64,000 nucleotides of DNA from an uncultured Chlamydiae bacterium (GTDB lineage Bacteria > Chlamydiota > Chlamydiia > Chlamydiales > JAJFMA01). The stretch is from positions 3,712,001 to 3,776,000 of the forward strand of contig CAVQMM010000001.1 in NCBI GenBank assembly GCA_963713615.1. The letters are read 5' to 3'. Positions 52,263-61,007 of the stretch are shown piece after piece. The translations under genes and the position numbers were made by a program. The notes beneath the pieces are model-generated. The model saw only the letters and a program-made list of their open reading frames with translations, was not told the origin of the DNA and searched no databases. Position 1 is the first letter of the stretch. Each line of letters opens with the position of its first letter.

Positions 52263-52661
52263 ATGGTTGCCTTAAACAAAGTGCTTATCGCAGGACGGTT
52301 AACGCGCAGGCCAGAACTACGCAAAACTCCTGGCGGCATGTCCGTTACTGACCTGTTAGTGGCGTTAAATCGCGAGTATTTTACCTTAAGTGGTGAACGT
52401 CAGCAAGAAGTCTGTTTTGTAGACGTTGTTGTATGGGGAAAGCAGGCCGAGGCGTGTACTAGAGTGCTGGATTGTTCTTCACCAGTTCTTGTCGAAGGGC
52501 ACCTTCAGCTTGATGTATGGTATAGTCGCGAAGGCGAAAAGCGTTGTAAGCTTCGAGTCGCTGCAGAACGCGTGCAGTTCCTCGACAAGCCTAATCCAGT
52601 ACAGGAAAGAACTGTTCCTACAGAGGAAAAAATACCTGCTATTTCAGGTAGTCAAGAATAA
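52263..52661 (+). CDS. ssb: Single-stranded DNA-binding protein
   Basis: LNKVLIAGRLTRRPELR, DVVVWGKQAE and VLVEG motifs. Confidence 0.9.
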   Translation: MVALNKVLIAGRLTRRPELRKTPGGMSVTDLLVALNREYFTLSGERQQEVCFVDVVVWGKQAEACTRVLDCSSPVLVEGHLQLDVWYSREGEKRCKLRVAAERVQFLDKPNPVQERTVPTEEKIPAISGSQE

Positions 52662-52711
52662 CGAATAAAGGTGAGTTTCGCGTCACAATGACAGCGAGGG
52701 CATCATAAAGT

Positions 52712-53704
52712 ATGTGGCGCGATGTTAAGCGCATAATTCAAAAGCACAACGTCTTTCTGTTGACTACACACGTCAATCCAGATGGCGATGGGGTTGGGGC
52801 CGCCTGTGCTCTGACTGAATTGTTGCTGCATAAAGGCAAGCGCGTGCGCATTGTCTGCGATAGCCCCGTGCCATCCAAACTCTCCTTCCTGAACTGTCAT
52901 GGGCTCCATGAGCAGTACCAGCCCGAAGGTGACTACAGTGATGTCGAGGTAGTTATCGTCTTGGATGCTCATCGTCGAGACCGCATCGGTGCTGTGGCGG
53001 CCATATTGGACCGCCCCGGCGTGGTAGCAGTGTGCATCGATCATCATGAGGCTGCGAGTGTCTTTACGCCACATGCTGTCATCGATCCGCACTCCTGTTC
53101 CGTTGGGGCGATGGTCTATACTCTTTGTAAAGAGTGCGGTTATGGCTTAAATCTCAATGCTGCAAACGGCATTTATACGAGCATTTTGTGTGATACAGGA
53201 CGCTTTTCGTATTCCTCAACAACACGGAAAGCTCATAAAATCGCAGATGAATGCATTAAGCTTGGCGTTGATCCCGATGCCATGTACTCAAAGCTATTTC
53301 AACACCTGAGTATGGCGCAGATGCAGATCTTTTCCAGAGCTCTTCAGAGCATGGAGCTATACCTAGACAATAAGGTCCTCATTCAGACACTCACGCTGGC
53401 GGATTGCCGAGCGATTGGCGTTGATGCCATGGAGTTGGAGAACCTTGACCTTGAGTATATTCTGGAATTTGACAAATCGGTAGGAGATGTAGAATGCGTC
53501 GCCCTACTGCGTGAGGTTGGGGATGATAAAGTTCGCGTGTCGCTTCGCGCGACGGCGCATCTAGATTTGACTATGGTGAGTCGCGATCTGGGTGGAGGTG
53601 GGCATAGCAAGGCTGCCGGGGCACTCGTCCATGGTAGCTTACACAACGTTAAAGTGCGCATTCTAGAGGGGCTAGCCTCTCTTCTTCATGCCACACCAAT
53701 CTAG
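52712..53704 (+). CDS. nrnA: DHH/DHHA1 phosphoesterase (nanoRNase / pAp phosphatase)
   Basis: HVNPDGD, IDHH, DTGRF and GGGGH motifs. Confidence 0.9.
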   Translation: MWRDVKRIIQKHNVFLLTTHVNPDGDGVGAACALTELLLHKGKRVRIVCDSPVPSKLSFLNCHGLHEQYQPEGDYSDVEVVIVLDAHRRDRIGAVAAILDRPGVVAVCIDHHEAASVFTPHAVIDPHSCSVGAMVYTLCKECGYGLNLNAANGIYTSILCDTGRFSYSSTTRKAHKIADECIKLGVDPDAMYSKLFQHLSMAQMQIFSRALQSMELYLDNKVLIQTLTLADCRAIGVDAMELENLDLEYILEFDKSVGDVECVALLREVGDDKVRVSLRATAHLDLTMVSRDLGGGGHSKAAGALVHGSLHNVKVRILEGLASLLHATPI

Positions 53705-53774
53705 CTGAAATAATTGAATGTCGTTTATAGTGTAGATGGGGGAGAATCCTACCTATGCCCAGCCGTGGAGATTT

Positions 53775-54122
53775 ATGCGTGATGAAGTGCAAATTGAACA
53801 AGAGAAGATGGGTGATGTTTTGCTTTTGCGAATCATTGGACGTCTAGATGCCCTCTCGTCAGAGGCTACTGAAAAAAAGGTGTTAGCGATCATTAAGCAG
53901 GGAGAGCATAATGATGTTCTCCTCGATTTCACAGAGGTTAACTACCTAAGTAGTGCGGGCATGAGGATGCTATTGGCTATCTTTAAGCATCTTCGCGAAG
54001 CTTCTGGTAAGCTTGCGGTATGTTCTGTCGACGATGGCGTGATGGATGTCCTCAAAATGTCTGGTTTTGACGAAGTATTTGATGTTTTTGCTACACAAGA
54101 TGAAGCCCTCAAAAGATTTTAG
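53775..54122 (+). CDS. rsbV: STAS anti-sigma factor antagonist
   Basis: GRLDA and YLSSAGMRML motifs. Confidence 0.9.
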   Translation: MRDEVQIEQEKMGDVLLLRIIGRLDALSSEATEKKVLAIIKQGEHNDVLLDFTEVNYLSSAGMRMLLAIFKHLREASGKLAVCSVDDGVMDVLKMSGFDEVFDVFATQDEALKRF

Positions 54123-54137
54123 AGGTTTGTCAAGGAT

Positions 54138-55181
54138 GTGGCAGATGTGAGTAGTGATATTTCGCAGCAAACATCTAGCGCTGACCTCACACTGTTTAAC
54201 CTTTGTGTAGAGGCACGTACGAATCCAGAAGAGACCGAAAAACGCTCAAAGTCCAAAGTGATTGTTATCGCAGGGCCTACGGCTTGCGGAAAGTCTGACT
54301 TTGCCCTCATGCTCGCCAAAGCTGTGGGTGGTGAGATCATTTCCGGCGATGCTATGCAGATCTACCGGGGTCTGGATATTGGTACTGCCAAGCCCTCCAA
54401 GGAGGAACAGCTTGTTGTGCCGCATCATTTAGTTGATGTTTGCGATGTCCATCAGCCCTTTACCGCTTTCGATTTTCATCGCGATGCTTCGCACATTGCT
54501 CAGGCAATTATCGATCGCAAGGGCATTCCTATCGTGGTGGGAGGCTCAGGCTTCTACCTGCACACACTTATCTATGGCCCACCCGCTGGGCCACCACCAT
54601 CACCTGAAGTGCGCGCGATCCTAGAAGCTGAAATGGCTCTGCTAGGACCGCAAGTGATGTATCAGAGGCTTTTCGAGCTTGATCCTATCTATGCTGAGGG
54701 CATCACACATAACGATAAGCATAAGATCGTTAGGGCCTTGGAGATCATAGCCATCACTGGCAAAAGGGTTAGTAGTATTCCCTGGAGAGGGCGCAGTGTC
54801 CAGACAAAATTTGATTTTCGCTGCTGGTTTTTGCATCGGCCCAAGGACATTTTATATCGACGTATTGAGAAGCGTTGCCACAAGATGATTGAGATGGGGC
54901 TTCTTGAGGAAGTCGAAAAGATGGATCAGTTGGGGCTGCGCCAAAATACGGCAGCTAGCCAGGCCATAGGATATCGTCAAACCCTGGAATATTTGGACTC
55001 TCCACGCACGGCTCAGGACTATCAGCATTTTGTGGAGAGCTTTCTTCAGGCTAGTCGTCATTATGCTAAGAGGCAATTTACTTGGTTTAGGAAAGAGGCT
55101 ATGTATCGTTGGCTGGATGTCGATGTCCTAGATTTCGAGAATGTTATGGAGCTCGTAATGAAAGACTATGAGCTTCTGTAG
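54138..55181 (+). CDS. miaA: tRNA dimethylallyltransferase
   Basis: GPTACGKS, QIYRGLDIGTAK and YAKRQFTWF motifs. Confidence 0.96.
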   Translation: MADVSSDISQQTSSADLTLFNLCVEARTNPEETEKRSKSKVIVIAGPTACGKSDFALMLAKAVGGEIISGDAMQIYRGLDIGTAKPSKEEQLVVPHHLVDVCDVHQPFTAFDFHRDASHIAQAIIDRKGIPIVVGGSGFYLHTLIYGPPAGPPPSPEVRAILEAEMALLGPQVMYQRLFELDPIYAEGITHNDKHKIVRALEIIAITGKRVSSIPWRGRSVQTKFDFRCWFLHRPKDILYRRIEKRCHKMIEMGLLEEVEKMDQLGLRQNTAASQAIGYRQTLEYLDSPRTAQDYQHFVESFLQASRHYAKRQFTWFRKEAMYRWLDVDVLDFENVMELVMKDYELL

Positions 55182-55630
55182 GTAGAAGAAAGAAGAGGAA
55201 GGAGAGGAAAGAGGAATTAGGAGTTTTTACCGCCGAGATAGGAGAGAGAGGATTAGAAGAGAATGTTCAGTTACTGGTGGCTCTGGACAAAATCCAGTCT
55301 AAGGGTTCCCGCAGGAATACGATTCTAAAGAGGCCTTAGACAGGACTTTGTCCAGAGCCACCAGTAACCGAACAGGTCCTCAATTTAACAAAAAATGAGC
55401 ACCTGTGCCGTTTGTGGGGCCTTGGGCAAAATTTTGCCTAAGGGCTTAACCAAAACGATAATCTCTCAAGAGGCCCTTAGATAGAATTTTGCCCAAGGCC
55501 CCACAAACGGCACATCTCTCCTAATCCTCTCTCTCTCCTATCTCGGTGTCTCGGCGCCTCGGCGGTGAAAAATCCTAATTCCTCTTTCCTCTCCTTCCTC
55601 TTCCTCCTCCTCTCTCTTTTCCTCACCCTC
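55182..55630. repeat. Family A arms enclosing two ~110-bp TGT...ACA hairpin units, between convergent genes
   Basis: Hairpins at 55264-55374 and 55403-55514. The linker GGTCCTCAATTTAACAAAAAA is shared, inverted, with 51860-51881. Confidence 0.9.
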
Positions 55631-56758
55631 TCACTGGCTGAGGATGGCGACACGATCTTCTTCTTGGACTCGTCCCGCCTCCGGCATCTCCACTTTATCA
55701 ATACCTTCATAGGTGCGGATGATATCGTACAATGCAGAGCGGCGCTGAACGGGTTCAAAGCCCGCCGCCCTGATCATGTCCAACATCCCCTGATGGTCCG
55801 TCTTATTGATAAATCCCGTCGCACGATGCACGTTCTCTTCCAAGATAGTGCCGCCGAAGTCGTCCGCGCCATAATGAAGCGCTTTTATCCCTGTTTCTTT
55901 GCCCTCGCCAAACCAGGAAGCTTGGATATGATCAAAGTTGTCTAGATAAATGCGCGAGAAGGCCAATATGCGAAAATAGGCATCTATCCCTGCCCAGTGC
56001 TTGACCGTACGTCTTAGAGCCGTGCGGTCACGTTTATAACTCCACGGGACAAAAGCCACAAAGCCAGGGATCTTATCTTGAGCCTGCCGCAAAGTGTCGA
56101 GGTGTAATACGATATCCTCAGGCTCCTCCACGTGGCCATACATCATCGTCGCCGTTGTTTTGAAGCCGATCTCGTGAGCTGTTTGATGCAGTTCCATCCA
56201 TGCACCTGGCGTCATTTTTTTTGGTGAAATCGCTAGTCGCACTCGCTCGGAAACAATCTCCGCACCACCGCCAGGGATGGTGCGCTGACCAGCATCCCAT
56301 AACGCTTGTAAGACCTCTCGGACAGAAACATTGGAAACTCTAGCACAATTCCACAACTCAGGAGCCGTAAAGAAGTGAGGGTGAATATCAGGATATTCTA
56401 GTCGCGTGCGCTGAACGATCTCCACATAGTAGTCGAGCTTAAGGTTGTCATTAAGGCCCCCTTGAAGAAGGACGGTGGTTATCCCAGCGCGTCGAGCAAA
56501 TTCTAGGTGTTTCATGACCTCATCGATACTTTTCTCATAGGCATCCTTGGCGCCTGGGTGTCGATAAAAAGCGCAGAATGAGCAATCCGCATTGCAGATA
56601 TTTGTGTAGTTGGGGTTGGTGTCTAGGACAAAAGTGACCCTATTCGGAGGGTTCTTGGCATTGCGGATTGCGATGGCACGCTTTTGGAGCTCTTCTAATG
56701 GAGCGTGGGTGAAGAGGTCCTGGCCTTCCTGAAAACTGATGCGGTCAAAAGTTGTCAT
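55631..56758 (-). CDS. mqnC: Radical SAM enzyme of the futalosine pathway (CofH/MqnC family)
   Basis: NYTNICNADCSFC, LQGG, IPGGGAEI and TATMMYGHVE motifs. Confidence 0.85.
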   Translation of the reverse strand: MTTFDRISFQEGQDLFTHAPLEELQKRAIAIRNAKNPPNRVTFVLDTNPNYTNICNADCSFCAFYRHPGAKDAYEKSIDEVMKHLEFARRAGITTVLLQGGLNDNLKLDYYVEIVQRTRLEYPDIHPHFFTAPELWNCARVSNVSVREVLQALWDAGQRTIPGGGAEIVSERVRLAISPKKMTPGAWMELHQTAHEIGFKTTATMMYGHVEEPEDIVLHLDTLRQAQDKIPGFVAFVPWSYKRDRTALRRTVKHWAGIDAYFRILAFSRIYLDNFDHIQASWFGEGKETGIKALHYGADDFGGTILEENVHRATGFINKTDHQGMLDMIRAAGFEPVQRRSALYDIIRTYEGIDKVEMPEAGRVQEEDRVAILSQ

Positions 56759-56881
56759 AGTAACCCCTGGTTGTTAATGAGGCGGTATTATGTAATTTTT
56801 TGTTCATTCTGTCCAGAGCCACTCTTTATTCTCCCTTAATCGTTGATTGGTAGCATTGTCTCATTCACAAGGGGAGGGGCC

Positions 56882-57421
56882 ATGAATTTAGCTGCAATAA
56901 AAGGATCGGCTGAACGCATTCTCAGCGAGGGTATCGCGCTAGCATTAGACCGAACCTTCACGACCATTATCAATCGTATAAGCATCCTATGTCGCACAGC
57001 TTTGGGAGGACCCAGCGGGGCAGAAGTAGAACAAGTCCGCCGTCAGATCACCTACATGGACCGCGCACAGAAGGTTGCGCTGGTGATCACTGGGATGGCA
57101 ACGTTGATTTCTACTGGAGTGTTGCTGCGTGAGGTCAATGTACCTTGTCGTCCAGCAATGACTATGTTGGCTTTTCCTATCACCTCCATGGGCTTTATTG
57201 CAGCTCTATTTAGTGGGGTGGCTACCATACAACAAGCCCCTGCAAATCTGGTTTGTGGTGCAGAAGACTCTCCACCCATAGCTGCAGTAACCCCTATCAT
57301 TGGTGGGATTATCGGTTTAGCTGCCTACAAATGCCTCGGACTTATGAAGCATTGGATGGCTTCTGATGTGATAAAACGTAATGGCGGTAGTCTTCCTTTC
57401 GAAATTCGTGGCCTTTTTTAG
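56882..57421 (+). CDS. Hypothetical membrane protein (Inc-like)
   Basis: Paired hydrophobic segments and a GGGAGG RBS. Confidence 0.7.
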   Translation: MNLAAIKGSAERILSEGIALALDRTFTTIINRISILCRTALGGPSGAEVEQVRRQITYMDRAQKVALVITGMATLISTGVLLREVNVPCRPAMTMLAFPITSMGFIAALFSGVATIQQAPANLVCGAEDSPPIAAVTPIIGGIIGLAAYKCLGLMKHWMASDVIKRNGGSLPFEIRGLF

Positions 57422-57517
57422 TTTGGTTAAGTTTATTAATCTTTATGTTTGACTATTTGTAAAACATCTACTATTATTTCATTTTAGTTTAGTTTAAATT
57501 ATAAATGGAGTTAGTAA

Positions 57518-58096
57518 ATGTTTGAAATATCGATGGAAAATGAAGGTCTACGTCATCGCAAGGATGTAAGTTCTCAGGAACGTCCTATCCCTGAAGTTGC
57601 AGAGAAGGGACTGGTCGATTATGGCAAGTTGGAAGCACGTCGAACAGTCAAGCTGGCTATAGCTGGGGTTGTCGGTTGCTTTGCCGCCATGGTGTTAATT
57701 GATGTTGGCATGGCTTTTCAAGAAGGCGGTACGACATTAAAAGGAACTGCGATGGGTCTTGTAGGCGACGCTATATTATCTCTAGAGGCGGGTGTGGTGG
57801 CAGGTGTCTTCTATGCGGCGACCACAACGAGTCTTTCTATGTGGGCCCTAGCAGGTAAGATTGTTACGTGCTGCAGACCGGTATGCTCCCGCACTACAGT
57901 TCATAAGTGCATTGTGGCATTATCGTATGTTACAACAGCGCTGCCCTACGCTTTTTTTACGGGCTCAGTCTTTGGGGCATTTGTATCTACTAAGGCTGCA
58001 GTAGCACTGACCATAGCAGCCTTCGCTGTGGGTGCCAAAACATACCAATACCTGAATGCACCAACGAGCGTCGACTATAGACTCCCTGTCCGTTAA
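57518..58096 (+). CDS. Hypothetical membrane protein (Inc-like)
   Basis: Hydrophilic N-terminus followed by two bilobed hydrophobic regions. GGAG RBS. Confidence 0.7.
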   Translation: MFEISMENEGLRHRKDVSSQERPIPEVAEKGLVDYGKLEARRTVKLAIAGVVGCFAAMVLIDVGMAFQEGGTTLKGTAMGLVGDAILSLEAGVVAGVFYAATTTSLSMWALAGKIVTCCRPVCSRTTVHKCIVALSYVTTALPYAFFTGSVFGAFVSTKAAVALTIAAFAVGAKTYQYLNAPTSVDYRLPVR

Positions 58097-58234
58097 CTTT
58101 GCAATTACTTCGAACTGGACCCAGTTCAAAATATATTTTTCATTTTTTCTCTGCAGAAGATGGGGGTTGGCAGCAGCTGCCAAAAATCTATATATTTCTT
58201 GACAACTCTATGCAAATTGCATAGATTTTAGCGC

Positions 58235-58855
58235 ATGAAGGTGAGTATCAAGAAAGCAGCTCAGGAACTTGGCGTACACGAGGCTACACTCCGTCGTTGG
58301 GAGGCTGCTGGCAAAATCCAGGTTGAGCGTACACCCAAGGGACACCGACGTTATCTATTGTCTAGCCTAAAAGGATTTAGTCCTAAAGCCACCTCCTCTA
58401 AGGTTTCTAACGGTTTGACGCTCTGTTACGCGCGGGTTTCGAGTCATGATCAAAAAAAAGACCTCGTTTGTCAAAAAGCGGTGTTAGAGTCTTTTTGTGC
58501 AGCTCATGGATGGACCCATGAAGTCATTGAGGATCTCGGCTCGGGATTGAATTATCAAAAGAAGGGTTTAAAAAAGCTCATTAAAGCGATATGCTCTGGC
58601 ATCGTTGGCCGTTTAGTGATCACACACAAAGATCGCCTGATGCGGTTTGGGGCCGAACTGATCTTTTCTCTTTGTGAGAGCTTTGGTACGGAGATTGTAA
58701 TCATCAATGCTAAAGAAGACACGACTTTCGAGGATGATCTCGTCCAGGACGTGCTAGAAATCATCACCCTGTTTTCGGCAAGACTTTACGGCGCAAGAAG
58801 CCGTAAAAATCAGAAGCTGCTTAAGGCACTTAGTAAGGCTGCTAATGCCGTCTAA
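58235..58855 (+). CDS. tnpA: IS607 serine recombinase TnpA
   Basis: MerR-like HTH (TLRRWE..G, TPKGHRRY), then YARVSS, DLGSGLNY and FSARLYG motifs. Confidence 0.95.
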   Translation: MKVSIKKAAQELGVHEATLRRWEAAGKIQVERTPKGHRRYLLSSLKGFSPKATSSKVSNGLTLCYARVSSHDQKKDLVCQKAVLESFCAAHGWTHEVIEDLGSGLNYQKKGLKKLIKAICSGIVGRLVITHKDRLMRFGAELIFSLCESFGTEIVIINAKEDTTFEDDLVQDVLEIITLFSARLYGARSRKNQKLLKALSKAANAV

Positions 58856-60488
58856 AGATGACTCTAAAACGTTTACATACCAAATGCGGCTTAATCTGGA
58901 TAAGTCTTCTGCAAGCATTTTGGATGCTTGCGCGCAACTGTTTTCCAAGCTTGAACGTAAATTGTTTGCAGATGTCTGCAAAGGGAAGACTCCTGGTGAG
59001 CTTAAAGCAAGATACATTCGGGAATATGAAATTACCGCCCGTCATTTCAATGCTCTTCGTGTTCAGATCGAGGGGAAAGTGAGATCGATACGAGAGAGAC
59101 GGCCGGGGCTGATTGCTGAAATCCGGGATAAAATAGCGTCGGCTCAGAAGGTCATTGCACGTTTGGAAGAGAGAAAACTTAATTCCGAGAAGCTCCATCA
59201 AAAGAAGCGACGCTTGGGGAATCTGAAACGTGGTCTTGAGAAACTCCAAGCGGATCAAGCGACGGGAAAAGTGTCCCTATGCTTCGGATCGAAGCGTCTA
59301 TTTCGAGCTCAGTTCGCCTTGCATGAAAATGGCTATCAAAGTCACGAGGAATGGCTTGCAGAGTGGCGCCAGTCGCGGAGCAACAGCTTTTTTCTTCTCG
59401 GATCCAAAGACGAATCCAGTGGAAACCAATCCTGTACGGCTACGCTCACAGAAGAGGGCAGTCTAAGGTTACGACTCCGCCTTCCATCCGCGCTGGCAGG
59501 GCAAGAAAAGTACTTATGGCTTCCCCCGATTCGTTTTAAATACGGCCATGACAACATTGTGGAGGCTTTAAGATCCTGCGAGGAAAGAAAGCGACTACAG
59601 GCATCAAAAAGTCCTGAAGCGAGCCATTGTGGAGTGGCTCTCAGCTATCGATTCGTACGCGACGAAAAAGGATGGCGCGTGTTTATCAGCATGCCCGTTC
59701 AGAAACCCCAGACAGTCACTTCACAGCATCAGGGAGTCATCGGCGTCGACATCAATGCGAATCATCTAGCCATCACAGAAACAGATCGCTTTGGCAACCC
59801 TATCGCCAAGAAGTCGCTTCCACTAAACACCTATGGAAAAAGTCGAAACCAAATCCAAGCTATCGTTGGCGATGCCTGTGCTAACCTTGTGGAAGCTGCG
59901 AGAAGTACCGGCAAGCCCCTAGTTATCGAACAACTCGACTTTCAAAAAAAGAAAGCAGAGCTAAAAGACCACGCAAGTCCCAAACTGGCACGAATGCTCT
60001 CAGGCCTAGCCTATAGTACCATCATAAGCGGCCTGAACTCACGAGCTTGGAGATTGGGCGTAGAGGTCATGGAAGTGAATCCAGCCTATACTTCAATCAT
60101 AGGACGCGTCAAATTTGCAAAAAGATATGGATTGTCAGTCCATCATGCGGCCGCACTGGTCATAGGCCGCCGATCCCTTAGAGCCTCCGAAAGAGTTCCT
60201 CGCGATCTGGACTCAATACCAGATGGCAAAGGAAGCCATGTCGCTTTGTCCCTACCCGAGAGGAATCGGGATAAACACGTATGGCATACCTGGGGAATCG
60301 TCAATAGAAGGTTTAAAACCGTGCATGCAGCACACTTCCGGGCGAAAAAAAATCGATCCTCATGCTCTAAGCCAGCATGCGTGATAGAGCCCATCCCGGA
60401 TGTTGCCGGTGAGATTCCGGCTGGTGAATCCGTCAACACAACTGCTCGGTTGGCGTCCTTAACTAGGCCTACAACGATAAATGTGTAG
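58845..60488 (+). CDS. tnpB: TnpB-like RuvC protein (547 aa, atypical RuvC-III)
   Basis: GVDIN (RuvC-I), VIEQLDF (RuvC-II), VNPAYTS and HHAAALVIGRR motifs. No CxxC zinc finger. Confidence 0.85.
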   Translation: MPSKDDSKTFTYQMRLNLDKSSASILDACAQLFSKLERKLFADVCKGKTPGELKARYIREYEITARHFNALRVQIEGKVRSIRERRPGLIAEIRDKIASAQKVIARLEERKLNSEKLHQKKRRLGNLKRGLEKLQADQATGKVSLCFGSKRLFRAQFALHENGYQSHEEWLAEWRQSRSNSFFLLGSKDESSGNQSCTATLTEEGSLRLRLRLPSALAGQEKYLWLPPIRFKYGHDNIVEALRSCEERKRLQASKSPEASHCGVALSYRFVRDEKGWRVFISMPVQKPQTVTSQHQGVIGVDINANHLAITETDRFGNPIAKKSLPLNTYGKSRNQIQAIVGDACANLVEAARSTGKPLVIEQLDFQKKKAELKDHASPKLARMLSGLAYSTIISGLNSRAWRLGVEVMEVNPAYTSIIGRVKFAKRYGLSVHHAAALVIGRRSLRASERVPRDLDSIPDGKGSHVALSLPERNRDKHVWHTWGIVNRRFKTVHAAHFRAKKNRSSCSKPACVIEPIPDVAGEIPAGESVNTTARLASLTRPTTINV

Positions 60489-60621
60489 ATTTGTTAAGGT
60501 TTTTAGGAGCGGTGCCCGATCGATCTCGATCCCAACCAGTACAAAGAGATGATGTTTCAGGTCCTGTGATGGCTAAGAATGATTTTACTCCGTTGATGAG
60601 AATACCGGTTTCTCTTTTTTG

Positions 60622-60781
60622 GGCCTTATTCACCTTTGCGGTCAGTTTTCGGTCGACTGCAAAAGGATCGTCTGTCGCGTTTTGCTCCTCGGACATAGCT
60701 GACGCTATGCCCTCGTCACAAACCACGACATCCGACCTTTTTCGTCCGACCGAAATTCTGACCGTAAAGGTGAACAAGGCC
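60622..60781. mobile_element. 160-bp MITE copy 4
   Basis: 8-bp TSD CTTTTTTG at 60614-60621 and 60782-60789. Confidence 0.93.
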
Positions 60782-61007
60782 CTTTTTTGCTATTGGCTTG
60801 GTGAATCGGAAATTTCTCAGAAGAGTATTCTCGCATAATTGCTAATCCGAAATGGGTCACTGCAAAGAAGGTTATGAAAACCTCTTTCCTCCCAAAAATC
60901 CTTTACCGAAAAAGAATCCTCTTCTACAATGCCTTCAATAGACCATCCTCCCTGTGGCTCAATGGTTCTTCCTATATCTTAGGCCTTTAACGAAAGACTT
61001 CTGTGCG

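Larger units (their letters stand above)
58164..60512 (+). mobile_element. IS607-family element
   Basis: Overlapping tnpA and tnpB. Inverted AAATCTAYAYATTT motifs lie 20 nt inside GG dinucleotides at both ends. The left boundary is uncertain by about 5 nt. Confidence 0.85.

Noticed and set aside
58164..60512. IStron or Cas12 locus
   Set aside because: Only ~70 bp precede tnpA, too little for a group I intron, and there is no adjacent CRISPR array.
5332..60781. CRISPR array
   Set aside because: The repeats are dispersed, inverted and nested rather than regularly spaced direct repeats with unique spacers. No cas genes were seen.
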